Positions 30,626 through 43,444 of a stretch of 64,000 nucleotides of DNA are shown one piece after another. Made by a program: the position numbers and the translations under genes. The DNA comes from Eledone cirrhosa (lineage: Eukaryota). How positions within the stretch are numbered: the stretch's first letter is position 1; each line of letters opens with the position of its first letter. The stretch covers positions 20,460,001 through 20,524,000 of the forward strand of contig OZ024762.1 of the NCBI GenBank assembly GCA_964016885.1, written 5' to 3'. The notes beneath the pieces were generated by a model. The model saw only the letters and a program-made list of their open reading frames with translations. It did no database searches and was not told where the DNA came from.

Positions 30626-31187
30626 CCCTTCAGTATTTATATTACTCTATATATACTATTATATTTTTGTGGTAAAGTCTTTTTATCTTACAGAATATTG
30701 AAACTATGGGAATTTGATATTATTTATTTTGAGAACCATACCTTAATATCAGTATGAGTGACTGGCTACAGCCAGTTTGAACAGAAAGAGGTGAAAGAAT
30801 TCTGGCCAGATATGGCCAGTTTGAACAGAAAGAGGTGAGAGAATTCTGGCCAGATATGGCCAGTTTGAACAGAAAGAGGTGAAAGAATTCTGGCCAGATA
30901 TGGCCAGTTTGAACAGAAAGAGGTGAGAGAATTCTGGCCAGATATGGCCAGTTTGAACAGAAAGAGGTGAAAGAATTCTGGCCAGATATGGCCAGTTTGA
31001 ACAGAAAGAGGTGAGAGAATTCTGGCCAGATATGGCCAGTTTGAACAGAAAGAGGTGAAAGAATTCTGGCCAGATATGGCCAGTTTGAACAGAAAGAGGT
31101 GAAAGAATTCTGGCCAGATATGGCCAGTTTGAACAGAAAGAGGTGAGAGAATTCTGGCCAGATATGGCTGGTTTAAATGCTAAAGGG
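30626..31187 (-). mobile_element. piggyBac-type MITE with ~9 x 44-bp array
   Basis: TTAA-flanked; same 44-bp unit as 13370-14284 in reverse orientation. Confidence 0.85.
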
Positions 31188-31318
31188 TTAAGCTGGCTTT
31201 CTTTCATAAAATTATAATGGAAGGGTTTTAAATAAATATAAACACTTTAAACCTTTTGTTACCATATTTCTAATGGAAGATATTTGTCTATTTTCAATTA
31301 ACCCTTTCATTACCATAC

Positions 31319-31351
<33 letters not shown>

Positions 31352-32860
31352 TTAACATTCATTTTTCCTGCTAGCAAGTATTGGATATTTCACTAGAGAC
31401 CAGTTAGTACTTAAGTGGAGTTACTGACCTTTCTTAAGGGCCAGAGGCTTGCATTTCGCTTTCATATACGATAATCAACATCATTTAATGTCCATTTTCC
31501 CTGCTAGCAAGTGTTGGACATTTTATCATAGACTGGTCAGTTCTTAAGTGGAGTTACTGACCCCTCTTAGGGCTGGGGGCCTGCATATAGTTTACATAAG
31601 ATCCCATACTTTACAAGAAGTGATTTTCAATTAACCCTTTTGTTACTATATTTCTAATGAAATTACACAATCTATGAGTTTGTAAATAATCTAGAATTTG
31701 AATAGATTTAGTAATATTGGCCTAATAGTCCTTGCTCTTTTCCTCCTTGTCCTATTACTTGTGGCATTCATAGTCTTTTCTTACACAGCCAGATCTGCCC
31801 TTCTCTACCCACAGCCAGATGTGCCCTTCTTTAACCCCCCGTCCTGGAGGCCGAGGTTGTTTATTATTTTTTTTCAAATTAGGCTGCGCCTTCGAAGACA
31901 AAGTGTCTTCAGCACCAGGAAATACGGCAATATAAAACTAACTTACTCATTGTTACTCTTCATACAATTATGATGGAAAGGTTTTAAATAAATATAAACA
32001 CGTTAACCCTTTCGTTACCATATTTCTAATGCAATACACCGTCTACGATTTGTAAATAATTCAAAACTTAAAGAGATTTAACCCTTTAGTGTTCAAACCG
32101 GCTAGAATTCTCTACCTCTTTCTGTTGAAACTGGCTGTAACTGGTCGTTCAAACTGATGTTAAGGTATTGTTCACAAAATAAATACTTTCAAAATCTGAT
32201 AAATTTGATATTATGTGAGATAATTATGTGAGGTAAAGCCTTTACCATGAAAATATAATAGTATATATAAAATAATGTAAATGCTAAAGGGTTAAACTTT
32301 TACATTACTCTATATTTACTATTGTATTTTCACAGTAAAAGCTTTATCTAAACATGATTATCTTACATAATATCGAATCTATGAGATTTTGATATTATTT
32401 ATTTTGAAAACAATACCTTCACATGTTATGAGTAGCCAGTTACAGCTGGTTTAAACAGGAAAAGGTGAGAGAGTTCTGACTGGATATGGCCGGTTTAAAT
32501 GCTAAAGTGTTAACCCTTTTGTTACCATATTTCTAATGAAATACACTGTCTATGATTTGTAAATAATCCTTGAAGAGATTTAATAATAAAATTAACTTTC
32601 TTCTTATTAAACTGGTGTTTTGAACATAGTGTTCTTACGTAAAATAAAGATGGAAGGGTTTTAAATAAATATAAACTGTTTAACCCTCAAAGGAAGGTTT
32701 TTATATAAATTTAATAAATACTTCAAAACAAAGTCTTGTATCATAGAATTTGAGCCAGTTTTAGGCAATTTTGAATTAAAATTTTTTTTTCTTTTCTTTT
32801 TATCTCATGCTGAGATTTCATTGACCCATTTAACCCTTTAACATTTACATTACTCTATAT

Positions 32861-33244
32861 CAGGGGCGTGCAACAGGCAGCCCATGGGTCACAATCTGGC
32901 CTGCCAGACCAGTCAGAGTGGCCTGCGATGACCGTTTCTAATTTTTACCTTGTAGGCTTATTTAGAATTTTTTTCGTAACCAGCATGGCCTCAGCCGGAT
33001 GGCTGAAACAGGTAAAAGAGTAAAAGAGTAATACAATTTTCTGTTAGTTGACCTATACGAAAGGGCTTCACTGAAAGGGTTATATGTGTTATAATTTCCC
33101 AGTTCCATGCTATGGAAAGAAGTTGTGGTGAATCTTTGGAATAGTGCTATTATATAATATGCTATTATAATAAATATTAGTGGCCCTAACAGTTGTTCCA
33201 ATGTTCAAATGTGGCCTGCCATTGGAATATGTTGCACACCCCTG
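32861..33244. mobile_element. hAT-type MITE
   Basis: TIRs CAGGGGCGTGCAAC / GTTGCACACCCCTG; 8-bp TSD CTCTATAT / CTCTATGT; nested in a piggyBac-type MITE. Confidence 0.85.
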
Positions 33245-34261
33245 CTCTATGTATACTATTGTATTTTCGTGGTAAACACTTTATCTCATATAATATCGAA
33301 TCTATGAGATTTTCATATTATTTATTTTGAGAACAATACCTTAATATCAGTATGAGTGGTTAGTTACAGCCGGTTTGAAAAGAAAGAAACGAGAGAATTT
33401 TGGCCAGACACAGCCGGTTTAATGCCATGAGGGACACACAGATATCAAGAGTGGCACCGAAACGACTAGCTGCACTAGTTACGGGAAAAACAACTGATGA
33501 AGCAATAGTGTTAGTTACAGCTTTACAAACTGATCAATGACTGGTATACTTTGTTTCAGATGGTATCACAGATAAGAAAGTATCTCTTATGACACAACAA
33601 CAAATAAATCATTTTTTTTTTTTTTTTTTAAAACACAGATTTTAGCTTTCTTTCTTTCTTTTTTATATTTTGTATTTTGTTACTTTTCTTGCCGATGTTT
33701 ACATTTTTAGACAATATACATCAAATACATACATATATATATTTATATGTAAATATATGTCACTGGACTGAGACCTTTGGCGGTACTCAGTAACAGAGAA
33801 GACTCGCGTTACCTAAATACAAAGTAAAACCTACTACAGTCAGTAGGCATCTCTAACAAAATACACCCCCGTCCCACCACCCCCACCCCATCCACACCGC
33901 CCCTTTCAATGTAAAGTTATGTTGGTGCCACAAAATCCAGGCCGAAACAAATGAGATCGTGTAGGTGTCACGAAAAAAAAACACACCGTCCACGCTGTAA
34001 TGTGGCCGTGTAGGCAACACGGTAAAAACCTCCCAGCCCCACACGGTAAAAACCTCCCAGCCCCACACTGTAAATGTGGTTGGTGTTAGGAAGGGCATCC
34101 AACTGTAGAAAACCTGCCAGACAGTCCTATGCGAGCAAGACAACCACTCTTGCCTCAAGTGGGAAAACTCCCGTCCAAACCCATGCAAGCATGGAACACG
34201 GACGTTAAACGATGATGATGATGATGATGATGATGATGATATGTATATGTAAATATATATA

Positions 34262-34450
34262 TATCGTCAGTCGATCCATGAGTCTTTCCAATTGCTAATA
34301 CTATCTATCGGTCGCAACTCCAGGTAGAAGGAGCAAACGTGAAATAAAGTGTCTTGCTCAAGGACATAACGCATCGCCCGGTCCAGGAATTGAAATCACA
34401 ACCTCACGATTGCGAATCCAATTCTCTTGCCAAATAGCCACGCGCCTTCA
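34262..34450 (-). mobile_element. CORE-type SINE, different subfamily
   Basis: tRNA-like head, GTCCTTGAGCAAGACACTTTATTTCACG core, different tail; related copies 3535-3665, 14673-14790, 56998-57315. Confidence 0.7.
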
Positions 34451-34509
34451 CATATATACAGATATGTATATATATATATATATGTCAATATATATATTGT
34501 TATATGTAC

Positions 34510-34732
34510 ATGCTCGCCGACATCCAGAGTTGACATTGCACTCAGTTCTCCTTTGGGAGCCCCTACATGGACACACTAGAAGAGGAAGACCGAGGTTAAC
34601 ATATGTTGATGCCCTAAGGACAGACACTGGTCTGTTGGAGATGCAGGATATGGCAGCGATAATGAGGGACAGAGACCGCTGGAGAGAACTCGTCCATGGA
34701 TCTCGGGAATTTTACCCGCCTTAGATAGATAT
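34510..34732 (+). mobile_element. RTE-clade LINE 3' end (family G)
   Basis: RRHPELTLHSVLLWEPLHGHTRRGRPRLTYVDALRTDTG..MRDRDRWRELV; stop followed by a short TAGA repeat. Confidence 0.85.
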
Positions 34733-35257
34733 GTACTGTTATATTTGGGGAGGGTCATATTGTTATAATATTGCCAGAAATAACAGAACACACTCACTGT
34801 TTAGTTTGGATTGGTTTTCGCTTCTGTATCTTTTATATCTCCATAGTTAATTTATCTGGCAATCAATGTTTATCATTGATTGACCAATGGTTAAAAATAC
34901 AGATATAAACATCATTTCATCATCATCATCATTTCATTTTACGTCCACTTTTCCCTGCTTGCAAGGGTGGGATGAGAACTGATTCTGGCTTGATTTCTAC
35001 AGCTGGATGCCCTTCCTAACACCAACCTCATTTACAGTGAGTGCTGGGTGCTTTTTTGTCGTGGCACCTCCACGACCACTTTGCAGTGGAATGATAGGGA
35101 CCCCAGTCCCTATCATCTCATTTCTACAGCTGAGTAAACTGGAGCAATGTGAAATAAAGTGCCTTGCTCAAGGAAACAACACATCATCCGGTCTGAGAAT
35201 TGAACTCACAACCTTTCGATTGCAAGGCCAATGCTCTAACCACTAAGCCATGTGCCT

Positions 35258-35322
<65 letters not shown>

Positions 35323-35398
35323 TATACATATGTATATATATATATATATATATATGCATATATATATATTTATGCATACATATATATATATATATATG

Positions 35399-35447
<49 letters not shown>

Positions 35448-35513
35448 GTAGGTCCCGGGTTGAGTCGGGGATAACCACAGTAAGTAAGGTACTCAATACA
35501 TGGCAGAGTAAAA

Positions 35514-35659
35514 TTTTTTTATTTTATAGAAGGAGCTTCTACAGGACTAGTACTGTTTCATTCAGATGAAATCTTCAGGAAGCCCGGAAGCTTCCTGAAG
35601 ATTTCATCTGAATGAAACAGTACTAGTCCTGTAGAAGCTCCTTCTATAAAATAAAAAAA
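35514..35659. repeat. Fold-back inverted repeat, 70-bp arms, 6-nt loop
   Basis: Arms 35514-35583 and 35590-35659. Confidence 0.95.
35589..35639 (+). ncRNA. Type I hammerhead ribozyme motif
   Basis: AGCTTC-CTGAAGA-TTTCATCTGAAT-GAAA-CAG tactagtc CTG-TA-GAAGCT: all three stems and a GUA site; mirror copy on minus. Confidence 0.85.
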
Positions 35660-35688
35660 AAAAAATATATATATATATATATATTCAC

Positions 35689-35729
<41 letters not shown>

Positions 35730-35867
35730 TATGTGCATGCATTCTATTTGGTATTCCAACATTCTCTACCTTAGTCATCCAAGCCATCATCATATTTAAT
35801 CATTCATTCTAACTTAGAGAATGAGATTATATATTATGTTCTACTGATGATGATGATGATACATATG

Positions 35868-35915
<48 letters not shown>

Positions 35916-36002
35916 TATATATATATATGCATATATATATATGCATATATATATATATATATGCATATATATATGCATATATATATATATATATGTGTGT
36001 GC

Positions 36003-36075
<73 letters not shown>

Positions 36076-36080
36076 TGCAC

Positions 36081-36127
<47 letters not shown>

Positions 36128-36128
36128 C

Positions 36129-36179
<51 letters not shown>

Positions 36180-36180
36180 C

Positions 36181-36270
<90 letters not shown>

Positions 36271-36402
36271 CCAGAGGGAAGAATGTAGAACAAAAGAGCT
36301 TTTTCATGTTTTAAAAAATAATTAAACGAGTAATTGTAGTCGTAGAATATATTTGCATAAATTATTTTCTTTATAGTTTGTTTATAATTTATATATCTAT
36401 AT

Positions 36403-36436
<34 letters not shown>

Positions 36437-36941
36437 GTGTGTATATATACATACATTATATATATATATACATATATATGTATGTACATACATTATATTT
36501 ATATATATATATATATATATATACATACATACATTGTATATATATATACATTGTTTATTTATATATATATATATATATATATACATACATACATTGTTTA
36601 TTTATATATATATATATATATATACATACATACATATATATATACATACATATATATATACATACATATATATATATTTATATACATATATAGATATATA
36701 CATATATATATATATACATATATAGATATATACATATATAGATATATACATATATATATACACACATATATATATATATATACATATATATATACATATA
36801 TATATACATACATATATATATATATATATACATACCTTATATATATACATATACATACATATATTTATATATATTTAGAGAGAGATATATAGATAGATAG
36901 ATATATACATACATACACTATATATATATATATACATATAT

Positions 36942-36980
<39 letters not shown>

Positions 36981-37999
36981 TTTTGTTTTAAGAATTATAC
37001 AATTTTTCTAATAGTCAACAAAATATAGAGAGAATATTAAAGGAGGAATTTGTGAATTAATCAAAGTGAACTTTTTAATAAATGCTTCATTTTGAATATT
37101 TAAATGTTTCATGTAATTTTTTGGAACAACTTAGTTGCACAGCTTGCCTGTGTTTATATACTAGAGTGTTGAAAATACTCCAAGTGATGGGGGGGGGGGG
37201 GTAGTGGTGTTGGTAGTGGCGCTACAGTGTTGAAAATACTCCATGTCACTGTATAGTTTATTGGAATGGTGTTTGGTGGGGGGGGGGGGTAGTGGAGGGG
37301 TGGTAGTGTTGGTGGTGGTGGTGTTGGTGGTGGTAGTGGCGCTACAGTGTTGAAAATACTCCATGTCACTGTATAGTTTATTGGAATGGTGTTTGGTGGT
37401 GGGGGTGTTAGTGGAGGGGGGGTTAGTGGTGGGGTGGTAGTGTTGGTGGTGGGGAGTGGGGTGTTAGTGGTGGGGTGGTAGTGTTGGTGGTGGTGGTGGT
37501 GGGGAGTGGGTGTTAGTGGTGGGGGTGGTAGTGTTAGTGTGGTGATGGTGGTGGCGGTGGTGTTGGTAGTGGTGCTACAGTGTTGAAAATACAACATGTC
37601 ACCGTATAGTTTATTGGAATGGTGTTGTTAGTGGTGTGGTGGTGGTGGCGGTGGTGGTGTAGTGGTGTTGTTGTTGTGGTGGTACTAGTGTTGAAAATAC
37701 ACTATGTCATTCTATAGTTTATTGAAATGGTGTTGTTAGTGGTGGTCATGGTAGTGGTGGTGGATGTGTTGGTGGATGGTGGTGGTGGTGGTGGTGGTGG
37801 TTTGTTGTGTTGGTGGTGAATTATTTGAAAAATAATTATTCACACAAGTATTTTCCACATTTCAACTGTTCCCCACTGCACACATTTCACATTTCACAAC
37901 AAAATGTCCAGCTAGTATACTCATTTACTGTTTTACCTGTTCCAGATAAAAGACTAGCTTCGGCCATGCTGGAGCACCGACATACAACGACGAGTGTTC

Positions 38000-38298
38000 C
38001 ATCATCATCATCATCATCATTTTACGTCCGCTTTTCCCTGCTTGCAAGGGTGGGGCGGGTCCTATTCAGCACAACATCTCTCCATTCGTCACAGCCCTTC
38101 ATAATCTCCTCCGTGAGCTTCAGCGATCTGAGGTCAGCTCTCACCACCTCCGCCCATGGTTTTCGTGGTCTTCCTTTACTGCATCTTCCTTCTACCGGGA
38201 TTTCTTGGCACTTCTTTACCCAGCGGTCATCCTCCATGCGCATCACACGTCCATACCAACGCAGTCATCTCTCCCGCACACTACAACTTATCCCTCCC
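38000..38298 (-). mobile_element. RTE-clade LINE 3' end (family F)
   Basis: VRER*LRWYGRVMRMEDDRWVKKC..GRPRKPW..WRDVVLNRTRPTLASREKRT* then (TGA)n; copies 51851-52105(-), 54526-54680(+). Confidence 0.9.
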
Positions 38299-38688
38299 TC
38301 TTATACCCAGTTTCTCTCTCAACTCGTCTATTAACATGCAAATAGTGGCTGAGTATTCCACAGACACATGCATGCATCCATTAATGTAGCTCTCAGGAAG
38401 ATTCAGCATGACACAGTATGTGTGATAAGGCTGGCCCTTTGAATTGCTGGCTTAGTACCAATGCTGGAATTAATATTATTATTATCATCATCATCATGGT
38501 TTAGCAGCCTCGGTAGAGCATCAGACACCACGCTTTGCAGCACAGAGTTGTGGCCCTGTGCGTTCTTGGTTCAAATCCAGCTGAGGCTAACTTTGCCTTC
38601 CATCGATCTAATCAACTTTCCCCTCCCTAATAATTGCTGACCTTGAGCCTATAGTAGAAACACTTATCATCATCATCATCATCATCAA

Positions 38689-38728
38689 TTTAATCATGGG
38701 GTCATGGGTTCGAGCCCCACGTTGGGCA
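38689..38728 (+). pseudogene. 3' half of tRNA-Lys(CTT)-like sequence
   Basis: TTTAATCATGGGGTCATGGGTTCGAGCCCCACGTTGGGC vs recalled eukaryotic tRNA-Lys CTTAATCTCAGGGTCGTGGGTTCGAGCCCCACGTTGGGCG; followed by T7. More degenerate copy at 38959-38997. Confidence 0.8.
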
Positions 38729-39169
38729 TAGCATTTTTTTAAGGCGCTGGATTGGTAATATCGGTAGAGCATTGGACACCATGCTTTGTGGCATATAGTT
38801 ACATCCCTTTATTTCTGAATTCAAATCCCACTGAAGTTAACCTTTCATCCTTACGGGGTCGATAAAAATAAAGTACCAGTCACGCACTGAGGTCGATTTA
38901 ATCGACTTTCCACCTCCCCCAAAATTGCTGGCCTTGTGCCTATATAAGAAACCATTATCTTAATCTCGAGGCTGTGGTTTCAAGCCCCACACTAGTGTGG
39001 TGAACCATTTTTTAGGGCATTGGACAACTCGCTTTGCAGCATATAGTTACATCCCTTCACATTCTGAGTTCAAATCTTGCCGAGGTTAGCTTTGCCTTTC
39101 ATAGTCATAGGTTCGATAATAAAATAATGTACCAGTTATGCACTGGGGTTAATATGGTAGAATTTCTCC

Positions 39170-40790
39170 TCTTGAAATTACAGGCCATCCTGCTGAGATT
39201 AGCTTTGCCATTCATTCTCATAGGTTCAATAAAATAATGTACCAGTAAGACACTGGGGTTGATTTAATCAAATTTCACATCTTCAAATTGCTGGCCATTT
39301 CACTGAGGTTAGCTTTATATTTCATCCTCATAGGTTCAATAAAATAATGTACCAGTAAGACACTGGGGTTGATTTATTCAAATTTCTCCTCTTGAAATTA
39401 CAGACCATCCTGCTGAGATTAGCTTTGCCATTCATCCTCATAGGTTCAATAATAAAATAATATACCAGCTATGAACTGGGGGTTGATTTAATCAAATTTC
39501 TCCTCTTGAAATTACAGGCCATCCTGCTGAGATTAGCTTTGCCATTCATCCTCATAGGTTCAATAAAATAATGTACCAGTAAGACACTGGGGTTGATTTA
39601 ATCAAATTTCTCCTCTTGAAATTACAGACCATCCTGCTGAGATTAGCTTTGCCATTCATTCTCATAGGTTCAATAATAAAATAATATACCAGCTATGAAC
39701 TGGGGGTTGATTTAATCAAATTTCTCCTCTTGAAATTACAGGCCATCCTGCTGAGATTAGCTTTGCCATTCATTCTCATAGGTTCAATAATAAAATAATA
39801 TACCAGCTATGAACTGGGGTTGATTTAATCAAATTTCTCCTCTTGAAATTACAGACCATCCTGCTGAGATTAGCTTTGCCATTCATTCTCATAGGTTCAA
39901 TAATAAAATAATATACCAGCTATGAACTGGGGTTGATTTAATCAAATTTCTCCTCTTGAAATTACAGACCATCCTGCTGAGATTAGCTTTGCCATTCATT
40001 CTCATAGGTTCAATAATAAAATAATATACCAGCTATGAACTGGGGTTGATTTAATCAAATTTCTCCTCTTGAAATTACAGACCATCCTGCTGAGATTAGC
40101 TTTGCCATTCATTCTCATAGGTTCAATAATAAAATAATATACCAGCTATGAACTGGGGTTGATTTAATCAAATTTCTCCTCTTGAAATTACAGACCATCC
40201 TGCTGAGATTAGCTTTGCCATTCATTCTCATAGGTTCAATAATAAAATAATATACCAGCTATGAACTGGGGTTGATTTAATCAAATTTCTCCTCTTGAAA
40301 TTACAGACCATCCTGCTGAGATTAGCTTTGCCATTCATTCTCATAGGTTCAATAATAAAATAATATACCAGCTATGAACTGGGGTTGATTTAATCAAATT
40401 TCTCCTCTTGAAATTACAGACCATCCTGCTGAGATTAGCTTTGCCATTCATTCTCATAGGTTCAATAATAAAATAATATACCAGCTATGAACTGGGGTTG
40501 ATTTAATCAAATTTCTCCTCTTGAAATTACAGGCCATCCTGCTGAGATTAGCTTTGCCATTCATCCTCATAGGTTCAATAATAAAATAATATACCAGCTA
40601 TGCACTGGGGGTTGATTTAATCAAATTTCTCCTCTTGAAATTACAGACCATCCTGCTGAGATTAGCTTTGCCATTCATTCTCATAGGTTCAATAAAATAA
40701 TATACCAGCTATGCACTGGGGATTGATTTAATCAAATTTCTCCTCTTGAAATTACATGCCATCCTGCTGAGATTAGCTTCGTATTTCATC
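39170..40790 (+). repeat. ~14 x 113-bp satellite derived from the SINE group B body
   Basis: GAAATTACAG at 40071 and 40184; unit retains GCTTTGCC.TTCAT..ATAAAATAA..TACCAG; a normal SINE tail resumes at ~40875. Confidence 0.92.
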
Positions 40791-41090
40791 TTTACAGGAT
40801 CAATAAAAATATGTACCAGTAACACACTGGTGTTGATTTCATCGACTTTTGCTTCCTCCCCCCCCCCCCCAAAAAAAATTGCTGGCCTTGTGCCTAAATC
40901 AGAAAGCATTATTATTATTATTATTACCCTCCTAATAATAAGTATTTGCCACTACACAAAATAAACACCTTCTTGCTAGATATTTAAGTAGGTTGCTATA
41001 TAAACAATGAAGCTAATCATTTTTCTGTATCTCTCAGAATTTTGTAGAAACTCCTTCACTCGGGGTTTTTTTGTTTTGTTTGGGATTTTT

Positions 41091-41139
<49 letters not shown>

Positions 41140-41183
41140 GCAAACACACATGCGCATATATATGTAAACACATATATGCATAC

Positions 41184-41216
<33 letters not shown>

Positions 41217-41256
41217 AAACACACATGCACATATATATGTAAACACATATGCATAC

Positions 41257-41287
<31 letters not shown>

Positions 41288-41344
41288 AACACACATGCAC
41301 ATATATATGTAAACACATATATTTGCATACATATATGTGTTTTT

Positions 41345-41379
<35 letters not shown>

Positions 41380-41671
41380 GTATGCATATATGTTTACATA
41401 TATATGTGCATATGTGTTTGTGTGTGTATATATATATATATCATCATCATCATCATCATCATTTTATGTCAGCAGGGAAAAGTGGATGTAAAATGATGAT
41501 GATGATATATATATATATACACACACAAACACACATGCACATACGTATGTAAACAGATATATACATACATATATATACACACGCATAGATATATATATAT
41601 AAATACAAACAAATAAATATATATACTGTATATATACACATATATATACATACATATAAATATATATATAT

Positions 41672-41705
<34 letters not shown>

Positions 41706-41797
41706 ACATATAAATATATATACACACATATATATACATACATATAAATATATATACACACATTTATTTATATATATATATATATACACACACACAC

Positions 41798-41840
<43 letters not shown>

Positions 41841-41849
41841 CACACATAC

Positions 41850-41880
<31 letters not shown>

Positions 41881-41886
41881 TATATT

Positions 41887-41936
<50 letters not shown>

Positions 41937-42242
41937 AGCACACATACACACATATTTACACACACACACACACATATATATATACACACACACACATACA
42001 TATTTACACACACACACATATATATATGTACACACACATACACACATATTTACACACACACACACACACACATACATACACACATATTTACACACACACA
42101 CACACATATATACACACACACACTTCAGCTCTTTTCCAACCGGTCCACGTTGTTATGTTTTTGTACTGGCTAATTTCAAAAGTTAATTGAAAATATAATG
42201 AGGGACACTAGAGGGAAGAGAAAGGAAAGAAGACAACAACAA

Positions 42243-42280
<38 letters not shown>

Positions 42281-43089
42281 ACAGCAACAACAGCAGTGTC
42301 AATACTGATAACAATAGTGATGATGATGATGGTGGTAACTGTGGTGAGGATAGTGAGGGTGACAACAATGAAGGTGACAGTGGCTGTGTTGTTGATGATG
42401 ATGATGTGGGGTGGGGTGGGGTGATTGTGATGGTGGTGGTGGTGGTGGTGGTGGTGGTGATGGTGGTGGTGGTGGTGATGGTGGTGGTGGTGCTGGTGGT
42501 TGGTGGTGGTGGTGGTGATGGTGGTGGTGGTGGTGGTGGTGGTGATGGTGGTGGTGGTGATGGTGGTGGTGGTGATGGTGGTGGTGGTGATGGTGGTGGT
42601 GGTGATGGTGGTGGTGGTGGTGGTGATGGTGATGGTGGTGATGGTGGTGATGGTGATGGTGGTGGTGATGGTGGTGGTGGTGGTGGTGGTGGTGATGGTG
42701 GTGGTGGTGGTGATGGTGGTGATGGTGGTGATGGTGATGGTGGTGGTGGTGGTGGTGATGGTGATGGTGGTGGTGGTGGTGGTGGTGGTGATGGTGATGG
42801 TGATGACAACGCGAGGATGATGGTGGTGATGGTGATGGTGATGACATTGAGAGGAGGGTGGTGATGGTGATGGTGATGACATTGAGAGGGTGGTGGTGGT
42901 GGTGATGGTGGTGATGGTGATGGTGATGGTGATGACTTTGAGAGGATGGTAGTGATGGTGGTGGTGATGGTGGTGATGGTGATGGTGGTGAGGTTGAGAG
43001 GATGGTGGTGATATTGATGGTGATGATGATGCTGATGATGATGATGGTGGTGATATTGATGATGATGATGATGATATTTATGAAGATCA

Positions 43090-43123
<34 letters not shown>

Positions 43124-43444
43124 GGTGGTGATGAAGATGATGATAATGATGATGGTGATATTGATGATATTGATGATGATGGTGACGGTATTGGCGATGA
43201 TGATGATGATTGTTGTTCAACCAATCGATAATCAAATAAAATGAAAGACAGAAAATAAAATAATTAAAATGTTTAAATAACCCCCCCCCCCCCCCCTCTC
43301 ATCCCACCCCCACCCCAGCCCCATCCCTCAAATTTTTGAAATCAAATTATGCCAGCTTAGAACAACAAGTCCCATAATTTTATACTCATTTAAAAAAAAA
43401 AACAGAAAAATATTTTATAAAATATGTATTTATTTCTCTAACAG

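Noticed and set aside
31345-31590. Local ~140-bp duplication with CCAGTTAGTACTT resembling the 5S internal region
   Set aside because: Match is only ~13 nt and flanks do not follow 5S.
33428-33541. Short ORF MRDTQISRVAPKRLAALVTGKTTDEAIV.. (faint L22/IscU look) and a GAAA..CTGATGA type II hammerhead candidate
   Set aside because: Similarity too short to support; hammerhead stems I and III cannot be paired properly.
37160-37740. CRISPR-like layout: constant ~55-bp block with variable spacers
   Set aside because: Spacers are (GGT)n low complexity, context is eukaryotic, no cas genes.
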